DNA of 63,502 nt, filler included, from Sphacelaria rigidula (taxonomy: Eukaryota), in the NCBI GenBank assembly GCA_964200075.2. It is 8 parts of 8 records of this genome, joined end to end, with 100 filler letters (N's around TTAATTAATTAA, not from the genome) between each part and the next. Parts side by side here need not be neighbours in the genome. Positions count along the whole stretch, not along the records: positions 1 to 7,851 come from CAXNAA020013231.1; positions 7,952 to 15,802 come from CAXNAA020013232.1; 6 more parts are not named here. One strand, 5' to 3'. The notes beneath the pieces are model-generated. The model was not told where the DNA came from. It searched no databases and was given only the letters and a program-made list of their open reading frames with translations. Shown here in pieces: positions 1 through 11,552 of the stretch; within the stretch, counting starts at the first letter, position 1; each line of letters starts with the position of its first letter. The translations under genes were made by a program, and so were the position numbers.

Positions 1-1659
1 GAGAATGTAGGGTGGGTGGAAATCCTACCACACCATAGGGACAAAAACAAAAAGACCACCCCCCCCCCCCCCCCCCCTGAAGATGGGCAGTCCTATCGAG
101 TGTGCGTGGTCGCTGGTCTGAAAGCGGAGACGTATAGGCATGAAGACAAGCATAAACGACTATAACAAGTTTTTGAATTATCAAGTTACTTCAGGCCTTG
201 AAATAATAGCCAGACGGGTATCAATTTTGTTTTTCACCATGCATGATTGTATCTACCGTCGTTATTGCTTTTCCTAATCTCATGCGTCTTACTCCAAAGT
301 TGTCGTCCAAATTTTGCTCTGTCAACGCCATGCTTGGTGCCCAAGGAGTGATACCATGATGAAGGAAATGGAGCGTTTGATTGCGCGAAACAGGGGGGGC
401 TCATCGGTGTAAATATGACCTCTTTCACACACTCGCCATGGGCTTTTTTGTGGGTGAGACTTCGTCAAGCGGTGTGTATGCGTGGATTTGTGCTGATAGC
501 GAGAGCATTCAAAAGAAAGATGCTACTTGCATCTACCCTTCAAAGTGGTTCCCTCGTGCAAGAGTTGGCTCGACCCCCGCGCCCATCCAAATACATCGTG
601 CGTTTACTCCAAGGGTAGGTTACGTCTCATCGACTGTAGCTGTCTTTGCCAGTACGTCGCCCTCTTGGTTTGTGCCTCGATATGTCTCCCTCTCCAAGAT
701 GAATCCTCGCGATGGCGTAGAGCTTGCACGAACTGCGTGTAGTGCTGTGTGCATCCTTGCTTCATATTTTTAGCGGCACCGCTTCACCTCTTGGTCGCTA
801 CAAAACGTCTATGATCGAGGTTATTATTTTCTCGTTCGCCTGCCCGTTCGTCTTTTTTCAAGCTGTCAGGAGGGCCCCAGCCCTTCCAAGAGTTGAAAAG
901 ATTACTCCTAGAAAAACGACGAACTATACCGAGAAAATTCCCGGGTCCAGGAATCTTATTTTCTTCAGTCATCGGAGAATCGTATTTGGCAAGAGATGGG
1001 AGGACCTAAGAGATACACGAGATTCGACCGCGATTCAGAGAAATCAAGCTGTCAGGATAACGACAAGAATCGGCTGAGTTGCGGATTCGTCGAGAGACCG
1101 TTCCACAATCCCACGAAAGCGGACAGGAACATCTCAGGTCAGCTTACTATCGTCTATATATTGTACTAGTATCATTTCTGCAGCTAATGCAGATGCTTTT
1201 CGGTCAATGATTTTTGTCCTGTTTCCGGTGCAAAAACCGCTGTGTGAGGGGTGGAGATGCAACTGAGATATGCGACAACCTCGTGCTGGAACGTCACAGG
1301 GGCAGTCATAAATAGCTTAACGTGAATGAACTTGATTGATGGACGACGGTCTTGCCACCACGAAGAGCACAGTCAAACCACGTGGGAAAGCAAACTCTCG
1401 AAATGTCACGAGCTCATCCACGGGTCTACGAAGGCTGAACAAGAAGTACGCCCCTCTTTCCAGGCGAGGGAGTCGTACGAGCGTCCAAACGAGGCTGTCG
1501 TCGAACAGCTTTTTTCGACAGTGCAGATTTAGTGTGATATCATGTTTCGGTAGAAGCGAATCTGACTTTCCCTCCCCTCCCGCCCGCTCCTGCTCCACCT
1601 TCCCGCCCCTGTCACATCATGCCCACTCTGCTATCGTTGCTGTGGCATCGTATACCCAG

Positions 1660-4600
1660 CACATTTTACTCGTCGATATTGTTGCCCTCTAGACCACCGG
1701 GAACGGCGCTGAACGTCAAGGACACGCGCTTCCGAAAGATATCGAAATTTCTCCGGGAGATGGAAGAGAGAGGTTTCGTCATTCTGGCTGTGAGTTTTTT
1801 TCGTTAATTTTTTTCAAGATTTCTCGCGAATCATGTGATGTTCACGTGGCAAGTACGGGGAAGATATTATCTTCGTCGCCATTTGACTGGCCGAATTGTT
1901 GTTGTTGTCGTTGTTGTCTTCACATTAAAAAACGTTTCGATATCTGCGCGGTACATTCGTACTTTGCATCTGATGCGGACGCCTTCCGTGGTCACAGGCT
2001 GGGTAGTCTGGAAGATATTATCTTCGTCGCCATTTGACTGGCCGAATTGTTGTTGTTGTTGTTGTTGTTGTCTTCACATTAAAAACCGTTTCGATATCTG
2101 CGCGGTACATTCGTACTGGGCATCTGATGCGGACGCCTTCCATGGTCACAGGCTGAGTAGTATGTCAATTTGTGGGTCTGTCTTTTTTATATATTTTTAT
2201 CAAAATCGCGTTCCTCGCGGCGAGCTGTTTGGATCCGCTTACTTTCAATTGTTAATAGTGCCCTTGCCGTCGCACACCCGCTCTACGTTGTGCAGAGACC
2301 AACATGGATCGAGATTTTATACCATTCCGCCTGCATGTTCTGCCGCACGTGCATTGTATCTCCAGGCCCAGATGTGCTAAGAACGACTTTGTCGCCTTAT
2401 ATTCTGGTTTGCATGTGAGGGTTCTACGCTCCAGCGCAGCGTTGGCAACTGTCGCTGCCTCAGGGTCACTGCTCTATAGAGCTGTGACAAATTGTTAATA
2501 TTTTTGCTTTTGCATTGTTTTTTCCTCTGCGGCCACGTCAGGAGACGAAGGGTGTACAGTCCCTGGTCGGGGTCAACCGTACCCACCCAGAGCTCCGCGC
2601 GTTCAAGGTGAGCGCTACTGAGATACTGCACCGTTACCTCCTCGCTGTACTGCTGACTGTTATTGCAAGGTGAAACGTGCAAGTGGGTCGACTCTTGGGC
2701 AAAGTGAAACTCCGAGAACTGCACGTTCACAAAAGGAGTGGTGGTCCCACTACAGCGCGGTCAAGATCACTTGTCATGAGTTCGATCCGCTGTATACTAT
2801 TATCAAGCGATTGAACACTGTCCCGGTATAGTGCGGGGCTCTAGCATGGTAGGGTTATGCCAGGCGGGCGATCTACTGTGGAACTCAGAGGTACCGATAG
2901 TGCAGGTGGGGTCCTCGTAACCTGGTATGTAACGACGGGAGTGGAAATCGTGATACGAGTATGTAACTTCCAGCCCCCTCTCTCGTGCTATATGCCGTGC
3001 CGAATCACCAAATCACGACGTTGTCCAACCTGATGATGCCGACATCTGTTTTTGCTCGTTACACTTCCAAACTCCCCTGCCCCTTCCTCGGGACGAGGTC
3101 GTCATTTCAAGGGATCAACACGTCTATTTCTCGCGCGGTATACGCCTTGCATTTTGGCCTCGCGAATTGGATCGGCAGCCCCCCCACCATGGCAACTCTC
3201 ATCAAACAAGCTCCAAGTCTTTTTTGTCTACGCAAGTCCTCTCGCTTTAGCGGCGAAAGTAAGATGTTCAGAAGAAAAAATCAAACTTCATCCGGCGGGA
3301 ATGGAACTTACCTTCTCCCCTCCCTGATGTGGTCGGTTGAAGCACTAGATCACTTGGGCGCGGCGGCAAAAGTGGAGGAAGGGGGATTTGAACCCCCGAC
3401 ATTTCGCATGCAAAGCGAACACTCTAACCCCTGAGCTATACCCCCTTTTTGAGTGAATCCTTCAGTGGTTTGCAGTCTGATATAATGTCGTAATCCTTAC
3501 CCTCTCTTTCTACTCTTGTCTGCCCAGTCACTAAATCATGGAACTCCTGTGTACCCTCGATGACCACGCAGGCCACGACCGACACAACGGCGGCCCAAGA
3601 GGCAGCAGAAGCAGCCGCGATCAAGAAGGTCGAAGATGAGGCCGCCGGAGCACGGGGGGCGGGGGCAGGGGGTAATGGGGGCGAGACGACCGTGAAAGCT
3701 TTCGAGCTGTACAAGCTGTCGCATAATATCAAGAAAATGCTGGGTGCGTTTTTATTTTTGCTGATGCCATCGTCCTCCTTGTGGAAAATGATGGTTGATG
3801 TTTGCATACGATTATGTCTCGTGAGTGTAGCTCATTTCGATACCCTTCGAGATAGGCGTCAAGCAAAAACAAAAATCTGGGAATTTCTCTACCCTCTTGC
3901 TGTAGAACATGAGGTACATGCCACGAGATTACGTGCAGCCTTGGGGTTCCTCCGTGTCGCGTGCTGTTGGTGACCACCGACTCCCCAGCCTGCGACAGGG
4001 TCACCTATATCGTGGACACGGTTCTTACACCGTCCTGTGACAGAAGCACATTTACCCACGATACGAGCTGGGCCAGCCTAGAACCGGATTTGCAGGTTGC
4101 AGGCGGATTCTCGTTTCGAGAGCTGCACTTTGAAATTTGGTATGGAGAATCGCTAGGGCACGAGGAAAAAAAAAACTTTCACTTGGGTCAAAGGGAAATA
4201 ATAAGATCTAGATTTCACTGAACTCCCCTAAAACATGAAGAAAAAACTCGAGAAGCCGACGTTTTTTTAATACCACCCCCTGGTGATTCTCATATCGAAT
4301 TTCAAGGTGCAACTCTCAAAATTGAGGTGAGAATCCTCTATTTACAGCATGGGCCGGTCAATATTCGGAACAGTATTTGTAGGCCATTCCCCAGCCTAGT
4401 TTTGACCCTTGTTCTTTGATACTTTTTGTGGAGAATGGCAAGTGCCTGCAGGATTTGTTTTTCTTCCGTGAATTTAGGACTTGTTAGTATAGTCAGGCCG
4501 GTTTCTATGGAAACAAGAATAAAAGTCTGGAAAGCTGCCTTATTGGAGCTTCTGCGTCGTTTTTCATCCTGAACGAGAGCTAGGCGAATGTTGACACCTC

Positions 4601-7542
4601 GGAATGCCCTGCTGTAATCGTTGAGACGGTTCCAGCATACCTGTGCGTGTTTTCCGTTGGTCGCATTTTTTTCCTTGCCGAAACTTGCATTTTCCTCGGA
4701 GACCGCTCAAGTCCACACAGATTTCAGATTATTACTTTGATTTACAATAAGAAGCGACCACAGCACTTTTTTTTCATGGGAATGTCCTTAACTCACGAAA
4801 AAAGAAGAATGGCCCCGGCGGTTTCTTTCTTAGCGTGTCCTTGAGGTTCTCCACACAAAATATATAAGTACGACTCTAAAAACTGCGTCAAGAACCAAAA
4901 CGATGTTCAGTTCTCTAAAAAAGTGTCCTTAAGCCTTGAGATCGGAGTCGACTACCCGTAATTGTGCGAGTCATCGCACAATTACGGTAACTGCGGGTGA
5001 GGGCTCTCCGTGAATCAGCGCCATCACTGGAAACGACTGAAAATGATGCCGGCCGATTTCACTAGTGGACCCTGCGTGCAGACCGGGGGCACATATCTGG
5101 TTAGTGGAGGTGGGGCCTCGAAAGACTTAACTCATCAACGAAAAATCCCAAGCTCCTGAACGTTCGGTTTTTTACATCGTCCTTGCGATACTCCATGGGA
5201 CATTTGAATTTTTCAAGGCATAACTCTCAAAGCTGAGACGCGAAATCCAGATCCAGTGCATTTAGTGTCTGCTCGTAATATATCGAGTTTAGTATAGAAT
5301 ATTATGTGCGCCATATCTTTCGATGGATAACGAATGAGGTGAAGGTGAGGGAATTGATCATTTTCCTATGTGCCAGGGAGTACTCATACAAAAAATCATC
5401 ATCTGCTGTGCATATTGTTTAGGGCATCATATAGACTTCAGTATGGACCCCATTTTCCGTTCGGTATATGTTACTTAACATGACGTTTAATCAACGAGAA
5501 AACATCGAGCCAGGCTTTTGAGCAGATGAGCATCTTCCCCTTGACTAAACGATCAATGAGATATGCGGGTCACGGCCAAATTCGTCTGTGCCGATGAGAT
5601 ATGGCTGAGAGCTCAAATCCTTTTTTTTGGCTGGCCCAGGTCGTGTAAGACTGGTGTCTGTTGTAACCAGAAGTAAGGTTGGCATTGTGGTTGTCACGTG
5701 AGTGTCACGACATCGCTTGAATGTTGGGGTATGATCGTACTCGCTGTCCTCTGATTCTGAGATACCTTACTGTGCTGTTTGCTGCGCTGTTTGCTGTGCT
5801 GTGCTGTGCTGTGCTGTGCTGTGCTGTGCTGTGCTATTGGAAGCAGGGAGCGAGGCCGCTTCTACAACAGGGAAATATGGCGAGTGTCTCACCCCGGCTG
5901 AGGCGAGGAATTTGTTGTTCGCCTACATCCGTGAGGAAGGGTTGGAGCATCCGACAGTGAGTTCGACAATAAAGAAGAAGACAGGGCGGCATAGCGCCTA
6001 CCCGCGGACTTTACTACGCCTGCCGATTGAATACGAAGCAGATGTTTAGGGCGTACTAGCTGTTGAGTTCGTTGTGACTTGTTGGAGCATGTCGTTGCTC
6101 ACGTGCGGTGATGGCTCGGGGTCTGACCCCTTGAGTGGTTCATTTTTCAGTATTATATTGTTTATGGGGTAGCGTTTGTCCCTTGATCTTTTCATACGGT
6201 ATGTTCCTGAGGCAATGACCTCCGAATGCTCATTAGTTCAACCGTTGAAAAGTGAGCGTTGTTGTTCTTCTTGGGCTGGAGTTTGCGCAAGTGAGGCGCG
6301 CTGCAAGAGGAGCGATGCCAGTGCGCCCATCATCAGCACACCTCATCATTATCATGGGATCAAGAGCAAAAACAGGAAAATGCTTAAAAACATCCTCCGA
6401 CATGTTGGAACTGTCCAAGTACCGCCGACTGTGCCGGTTGCAAAGTTCGCCACTGGATCTTGACCCCACCGCGATACCCTGGATGATAGCGTAGATTCGC
6501 GTTTTGTGTCAATCTTGTCGGGATTTCGGTTGTGTTTGGCGCGTTTTTTGTGCCCGAGACCATGCTGACTCTCACCACCAGATCTCCGTTCACGTGTTAC
6601 GATCTTACCCGGTGAAACTTGGTGCAGGATAAATCTCTCGTGACGCTCAACGGTCCCCTGTGCGATAACCTGTACAAGCCGATGAACAAGAAAGCTCCAA
6701 GGGTGGAATATCCAACTCACGTACGTCCTGAGAAGATGCAGTTGCTCGTGCCTCGCCTCGGAAGTTTTACTGAGCATCGATTAGCGGTTTGAGTCTCTTG
6801 TTTTCCGAACGGGGCACGTGCTGGTACCATCCTCGTGCTTTCAGATGAACCGTTTTGTGTGTGTGTGTTTGTTTGTTTCCCGCGAGTTTTGTTGGCTCCT
6901 CATCTGCGGCAGAATTTTTTTTCTGAACGGATTTGCATGTGCGAGTAAGGTTTGAGATTTGTGTTCGAGTTTGGAGTGTCGAGTGACGGAGCACGGTGGG
7001 CGCGACGCTGACCAACATTTTTTTCTACTTCGGGCTCTGTAGGGGGAAGGCGCAGTACTTGTGTCATGTCCTTCGCGCGAGCGCAACGCTACATACACGT
7101 CCCTGTCAAAACAACTGGCAGAGCTGTCGTTCCCATTGATGATATCGAGTGTACGTAGCCCTGCCGAAACTTCTAGTTTGTAGAAATTCAGTCAGATGAA
7201 GATGAAGACACGGGCAACTACATATGATTTCGCTCCACTCTGTATTGACGAAGGGGTTGCTGGTGTTGTGTCGGCAATTCAAAAATTCCACCGTGCAGGT
7301 CCTTGCATCCGACCAATCTATTTGGGCATTTTCCTCGGTTTTGCCCCGTGTCTTTCATTTTCGGCGTATTCCTCGACAATTTCTCTTTTTTTACAGGCCA
7401 AAAAGGCGGATCTACCGAAGCGATTTTTGGACAGATTACAGTTGCATCACGCAATCGTGCTTCCCCGCACCGACCGACCGCTGATTGGACGCGGCGGGAT
7501 TCCTCTGGTGTTGATCGAGGTTGAGAAACGTCAAGGAAATAG
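1660..7542 (+). CDS. EIF2D: Eukaryotic translation initiation factor 2D (ligatin), internal portion: winged-helix and SWIB/MDM2 regions up to the start of SUI1. Six exons; 5' and 3' exons lie outside the contig.
   Basis: GT-AG exons 1660-1789, 2542-2607, 3572-3743, 5847-5956, 6628-6720 and 7397-7542 join with compatible phases. They give (S)TFYSSILLPSRPPGTALNVKDTRFRKISKFLREMEERGFVILA|ETKGVQSLVGVNRTHPELRAFK|ATTD...ELYKLSHNIKKMLG|SEAA...LTPAEARNLLFAYIREEGLEHPT|DKSLVTLNGPLCDNLYK...|AKKADLPKRFLDRLQLHHAI...IPLVLIEVEKRQGNR. This matches the eIF2D motifs LDIKKSSYKKLSKFL, KGVESIVAV..HP, the SWIB-like segment and the I.I..E.R.GNK entry into SUI1. Confidence 0.88.
1859..2163 (-). repeat. Tandem duplication (~151-bp unit) containing a SINE-like or 5'-truncated LINE 3' end with an (AAC)n tail
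   Basis: Two near-identical units start at 1859 and 2010 (ggaagatattatcttcgtcgcc...). A related copy lies at ~15561-15660 in the opposite orientation. Confidence 0.8.
3073..3205. repeat. Dispersed repeat family copy
   Basis: cccttcctcgggacga...aagggat...cggtatacgccttgc...cgcgaattggatcggca...aactctcat aligns with the reverse complement of 22691-22825. A partial copy lies at ~16235-16290. Confidence 0.65.
3373..3445 (-). tRNA. trnA-UGC: tRNA-Ala (anticodon UGC), inside an eIF2D intron, antisense to the host gene
   Basis: Minus strand reads GGGGGTATAGCTCAGGGGTTAGAGTGTTCGCTTTGCATGCGAAATGTCGGGGGTTCAAATCCCCCTTCCTCCA. It folds as a cloverleaf with the G3:U70 Ala identity pair, anticodon arm TTCGC-TTTGCAT-GCGAA and T-arm GGGGG-TTCAAAT-CCCCC. 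No CCA is encoded, and a TTTT Pol III terminator follows. Confidence 0.93.
5795..5835 (+). repeat. (GTGCT)n pentanucleotide microsatellite just upstream of an eIF2D splice acceptor
   Basis: Run of gctgt repeats visible directly. Confidence 0.9.
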
Positions 7543-7851
7543 GTGAGCCCTTTCTGGGAGCGGGTATTCCGCTACGCTGTGGCGGGTGTTTGCAGTTCAA
7601 AAGTGGACACTCTTCGTTAGGTACCGAGAATACTCACCAGAGTATCCACGTGGGCAGGGAGGGGGGGGGAAAGGGGGGTGCACTTTCGGCGTGTGATGCT
7701 GCTCGAGAATGATACACGGTTGTTTGCACGTCGATGTAGGATCGTGTTGCGAGGCACCCACGATAGTAGAGGGGCATTGTGTTGTGTGTTGTGTTGTCGT
7801 CCCATTTATTCTGGGCACCAGTCTACACCTTTCGGTATATGTGGGCGCATC

Positions 7852-7951
7852 NNNNNNNNNNNNNNNNNNNNNNNNNNNNNNNNNNNNNNNNNNNNTTAAT
7901 TAATTAANNNNNNNNNNNNNNNNNNNNNNNNNNNNNNNNNNNNNNNNNNNN
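7852..7951. other. Artificial contig spacer (N44-TTAATTAATTAA-N44). Identical spacers at 15803-15902, 23753-23852, 31703-31802, 39653-39752, 47603-47702 and 55553-55652.
   Basis: Six-frame stop linker flanked by Ns, recurring every ~7950 bp. Confidence 0.98.
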
Positions 7952-10900
7952 CACAGGTCCACGACCTCTATTTCATACAGACCCGCGCGCTGAGTACAAG
8001 ATTCAGCCCTTAGGCCGCGCATCCCTCCGGAGGCATTTCGGGGTGTAGGCACATGGCCGCGTGTGCGGGTGACTTGCCTCATGCATCGCAGCTTATATGG
8101 CGTTTGGTTTAATGGTGAGGAACATCCAGGCTGTGTGGGCGAGTCCGGCGGTGGCGGTGCCGAAAAGGGACACATTCCTTGTGGTCAGCGACTATCAGGC
8201 GGTGAACGCGCAAGCGGGACAGTTTCCGGGGGTGATGCCAAGCCAAGAAGACATTCGGTAGTTGCTAGGAGCCCAATGCTTCGGAAAGTTGGACCTGCTA
8301 CAGGGGTATTGGCAGATGCCCCTGGCGCCAGAGGCTCAGGAAATCTTCACGATCGTCACGCCGGACGGTTTATGTCTACTCGTGTCCCGTAGGGCGTGTT
8401 GAACGCCACGGCGTATTTCCAAGGTGTGCTGACTGATATTTTCGAGATCTAGATTGTGAAGTGTGGGTGGATGGCGTTTTCTATTTTGCTGAAAACGAAG
8501 AAGCACTGTCAGCTTTGCTTGACGAAATTCTTGGCCGCTTGGAGAGTGTCGATCTGTCCGTTGCTGCGCATCAGTGTACCTTTTTCGCCCGCAAAGTGGT
8601 TTGATGTGGTGAGGTGTACTCCAAGGGTACTGTTTCGCATGATCCCGTCCGTATTCAAGGTTTGAGCAATATGCGATGTCCTCAAAACGCTAGTGAGCTG
8701 ATGCAGTTTCTTCAGGCGGTGAATTGGTTGCGGACTTGGTCCCGCGAAGTAGTTGCTCCGCTTCGAGTATTTCTGGAACAACTCATGGTCGGAGCTTCGC
8801 CTCGGACCAAGCGGGTAGCGCTTAATCGTACCATTCCGGAGGACGCTCGGACGGAGGATCGTGTGCGGGCATGGCGTGCTGCGCAAGATTTGGTGGCGCA
8901 AGCGGTGCCGCTGTATCATCCTCGTCCAGGGTGCGTTGTCATCATCTTCCCAGATTCTTCGGATTTTCACTGGGGTAGATTTTAGACGCAAGTGCCTATC
9001 GCAGAGTTTGGTGGTGGCATCGCGCTCGAACACATGTCACACGAACCGTTGGCTTTTCTGAGTGGTAGGTTCAAGGGTTCACCGTTGCGGTGGGCGACAG
9101 TGGACCAGAAAGGTTTCGCGATAGTCAATACATTTCGAAGGCCAGAGTACTCGCTTTTGGGGTGGCATTTTCACCGATCATCGCAATCTGAAGTACATTG
9201 TCAACCCCGAAGCGTGTGTCACATCGGTGACGAAGGCCATGGAACAACGGCTTGGAAATGGAAAGGAGTACTAGGTCAATATCGGTATGCCATTGAACAC
9301 ATTCCTGGAGAGCGCAATTGTTGGGGAGATTTCTTGTCTTGCTGGGTGAAGGTTCCTACCGTGCCTGTTCATTCTGTTGCCGTGTACAACCCGTGTAATG
9401 CCGATGATTCGTTGCCCTCGTTACATGTCATTCGTACCGCGCAGCGCAAAACAATCGGCGACGGTGTTCATTCGTTTTCTACGACTTTCGGTCAAGATAC
9501 TCCGGGTGACGATGGTTTGTTTCGCATGCGTGTTGGCAGTAGTGATGTGTTGTGGATTCCGTCGGATGATAAGGCTCTACAAACTCGCTTGATGATGTCC
9601 ACTCACATGCGGTCGACTGGTTACCGTGGTGTAGCGTCGACTCTGTTTCGTTCGAAAGAATACTGTGTGTGGCCTCACATGGATTCCCACGTTCGCGAGT
9701 GTAGACACTCGTGCTGGTGAGATTGTACCTCGTCCGTATGGCGATACAGTGCATGGCACTGCGCCAGGTGAAGCTGTTCACTTTGATCTTCTGTACGTCG
9801 GAAGTAGCGGACCTGAAGGTGCTAATGGTTTGCCTGAGGAGGATGGTTTTCGGTACGCTTTCGTTATCATGGTTGATTCGTCCAATTTTGTTTGCTTGGA
9901 ACCGACCGAGGCTTGCACCGCCGAGGTTACGGTAAGCACTTGCTTCATTGGTGCAAGACTTTGGGGGTACCGCGTGTTTGGGTTAGTGATACCGCCACGC
10001 ACTTCAAGAATCGACTGATCGCGCAGCGGAGCGATGCGCTCAAGATGCAGCACCAATTTGCTGTTGAGTACAACCCTTGGTCGAATGGTGCTTGTGAACG
10101 CATGGTGAAAGGGGTTATTCGTGCGTTGCGGTCTATCCTGTCGGAACAGTGACGGCCGGTATCTGAATGGGTTAATGTTTTGCTAGCCACTCAGCGGGCG
10201 TTCAATACTTCTGATCGTGAACGCTACCGTAACACTCCTATTGTGTGATGTTTGGGTGTACGCCGAGTATTGCGCTTTCCGCGCTGGCTTCTGTCTCTGG
10301 CGGCGAGTGGAACATCGATGTCATGGATGCTGATTCGTTGCGTGACAAGGTTCGAGGCGTGGTTGACCAGCAAGTGCGGTTTTGTAACGAAGTGCAAGCT
10401 GCTGTCGCGGTGTCTCGCCAAACCAAACGCAAGCTTGGGCAGGGCCAGGCTGTGTTGCGCAAGTTTGCAATTGGCGATTTCGTTTTGTATGCCCGTGTTC
10501 GGAGGCAAGGTGTGACGCCAAAGATGATATCCACGTAGACAGGTCCGTGGCGAGTGGTCGGAGCCGATCACGCTCACGTTTATTCGGTGCAGAACATTGT
10601 TTCTGGCGCCGTGCACTCGGCCCATCCATGTCGCTCGTTTGCAAATCTATGCTGACTCGCAGTTACACATCACTGCGGAGTTAAATAAATGATGTATTTC
10701 AGCATTTGTATGCTCAAGGTGAATGTCGGATAAATACTTCGGTGCACGTCGCTGAGGATGACAATGGGTGATGTCATTGTTTTGGGCGATTGGGAAGGGT
10801 TCGGTGCTGAAGAACGTACGTGGGAATAATCTCTTCGCAAGATTCATTCTTCTGCGCCTGAATTTGTTTTGAAGGAACTGCGTAAAGTCGGTAACTGCGG

Positions 10901-10955
10901 TTGACTCGGGCGCTGACGACTAAATTAGCGTCGGAGTACGGTATTTCTTTGTGAT
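7952..10955 (+). mobile_element. Degenerate Ty3/gypsy (chromovirus-like) LTR retrotransposon pol: RT, RNase H, integrase and chromodomain; many stops and frameshifts
   Basis: RT motifs GKLDLLQGYWQMPLAPEAQEIFTIVTP, GVLNATAYFQG and WVDG (degraded xxDD). RNase H motifs FPDSSDFHWG, HEPLAFLSGRFKGSPLRWATVD and IEHIPGERNCWGD. Integrase motifs VHFDLLYVG, WVSDTATHFKN and PWSNGACERM. Chromo-like DWEGFGAEERTWE at ~10790-10830. Confidence 0.92.
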
Positions 10956-11032
10956 CTGGCGCATGCGATTTCACCTTGGTTTTTGTTGGTTGTCAAGCTC
11001 GTTTGTTTGTCTTGAACTCGCTTTGGGGGTGC

Positions 11033-11552
11033 TGCAGCCAAATAATGGTACCAAGCCGTAGGTTTCAGTATAATCGCATGTATGATTGGAGCAGTCGCAG
11101 GAGACAAGGGGATCCTGGATTGATTACCCTTATCTGTGTGGCCCCTTGCCGGCTGGCTCTTGATGTGGTCTGTTGAGGATCACTCCGTGATAATTGTGAT
11201 GCGTGAGAGGACCGCGTGCTTAGAGGGCCGCGCCGTAGTCCGAAACACCCCAGGGTCGACGTTTTTCGAAACCAGTCGGGCGAGTCCCTGCAGGTACCAC
11301 GCACCTGACCCTAACCCCAACCCTAACCCTAACCCTAACCCTAACCCTAACCATAGGGATTTTGAAATTCCGATGCGGTCCTCTAAGCACGCGGTCCTCT
11401 CACGCATTACAATAATAACAAGTGAGAAGAAAGGATTTGTCGAGGACGAGGCCAGTGCTACTGGAGGAGTCCCTCGTGGATAGTCCTCTTGTCCAGATCG
11501 TCTGGCAGAGGCTACAGAGCTTAAATCCGTTTTTAGGCTGGCCCAGCTTGCA
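11033..11552 (+). repeat. Probable 3' LTR of the gypsy element, interrupted by a MITE
   Basis: Follows a G-rich PPT-like tract (ttgggggtgc) after pol, with TGCAGC...GCTTGCA termini. Boundaries are inferred because no second LTR is available for comparison. Confidence 0.4.
11194..11412. mobile_element. MITE (PIF/Harbinger or Tourist-like) with ~38-bp TIRs, TAA target-site duplication and an internal (CCCTAA)n tract
   Basis: TAA|TTGTGATGCGTGAGAGGACCGCGTGCTTAGAGGGCCGC ... GCGGTCCTCTAAGCACGCGGTCCTCTCACGCATTACAA|TAA, with telomere-type repeats at ~11309-11352. Confidence 0.85.

Noticed and set aside
1691-1693. Alternative eIF2D acceptor at ctag|A (1693)
   Set aside because: The upstream acceptor at 1659 is preferred because it adds TFYSSILLPS, which matches the eIF2D ST(F/L)...(M/L)..C/S segment.
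3373-3445. Organellar (NUMT/NUPT) origin of the tRNA-Ala
   Set aside because: No flanking organellar sequence, and a Pol III T-run terminator is present. A nuclear tRNA is the simpler explanation.
11136-11483. (PN)n and (LG)n repeat ORFs, or a chromosome end
   Set aside because: Translation of the (CCCTAA)n tract inside a MITE. It is interstitial, not a telomere or a protein.
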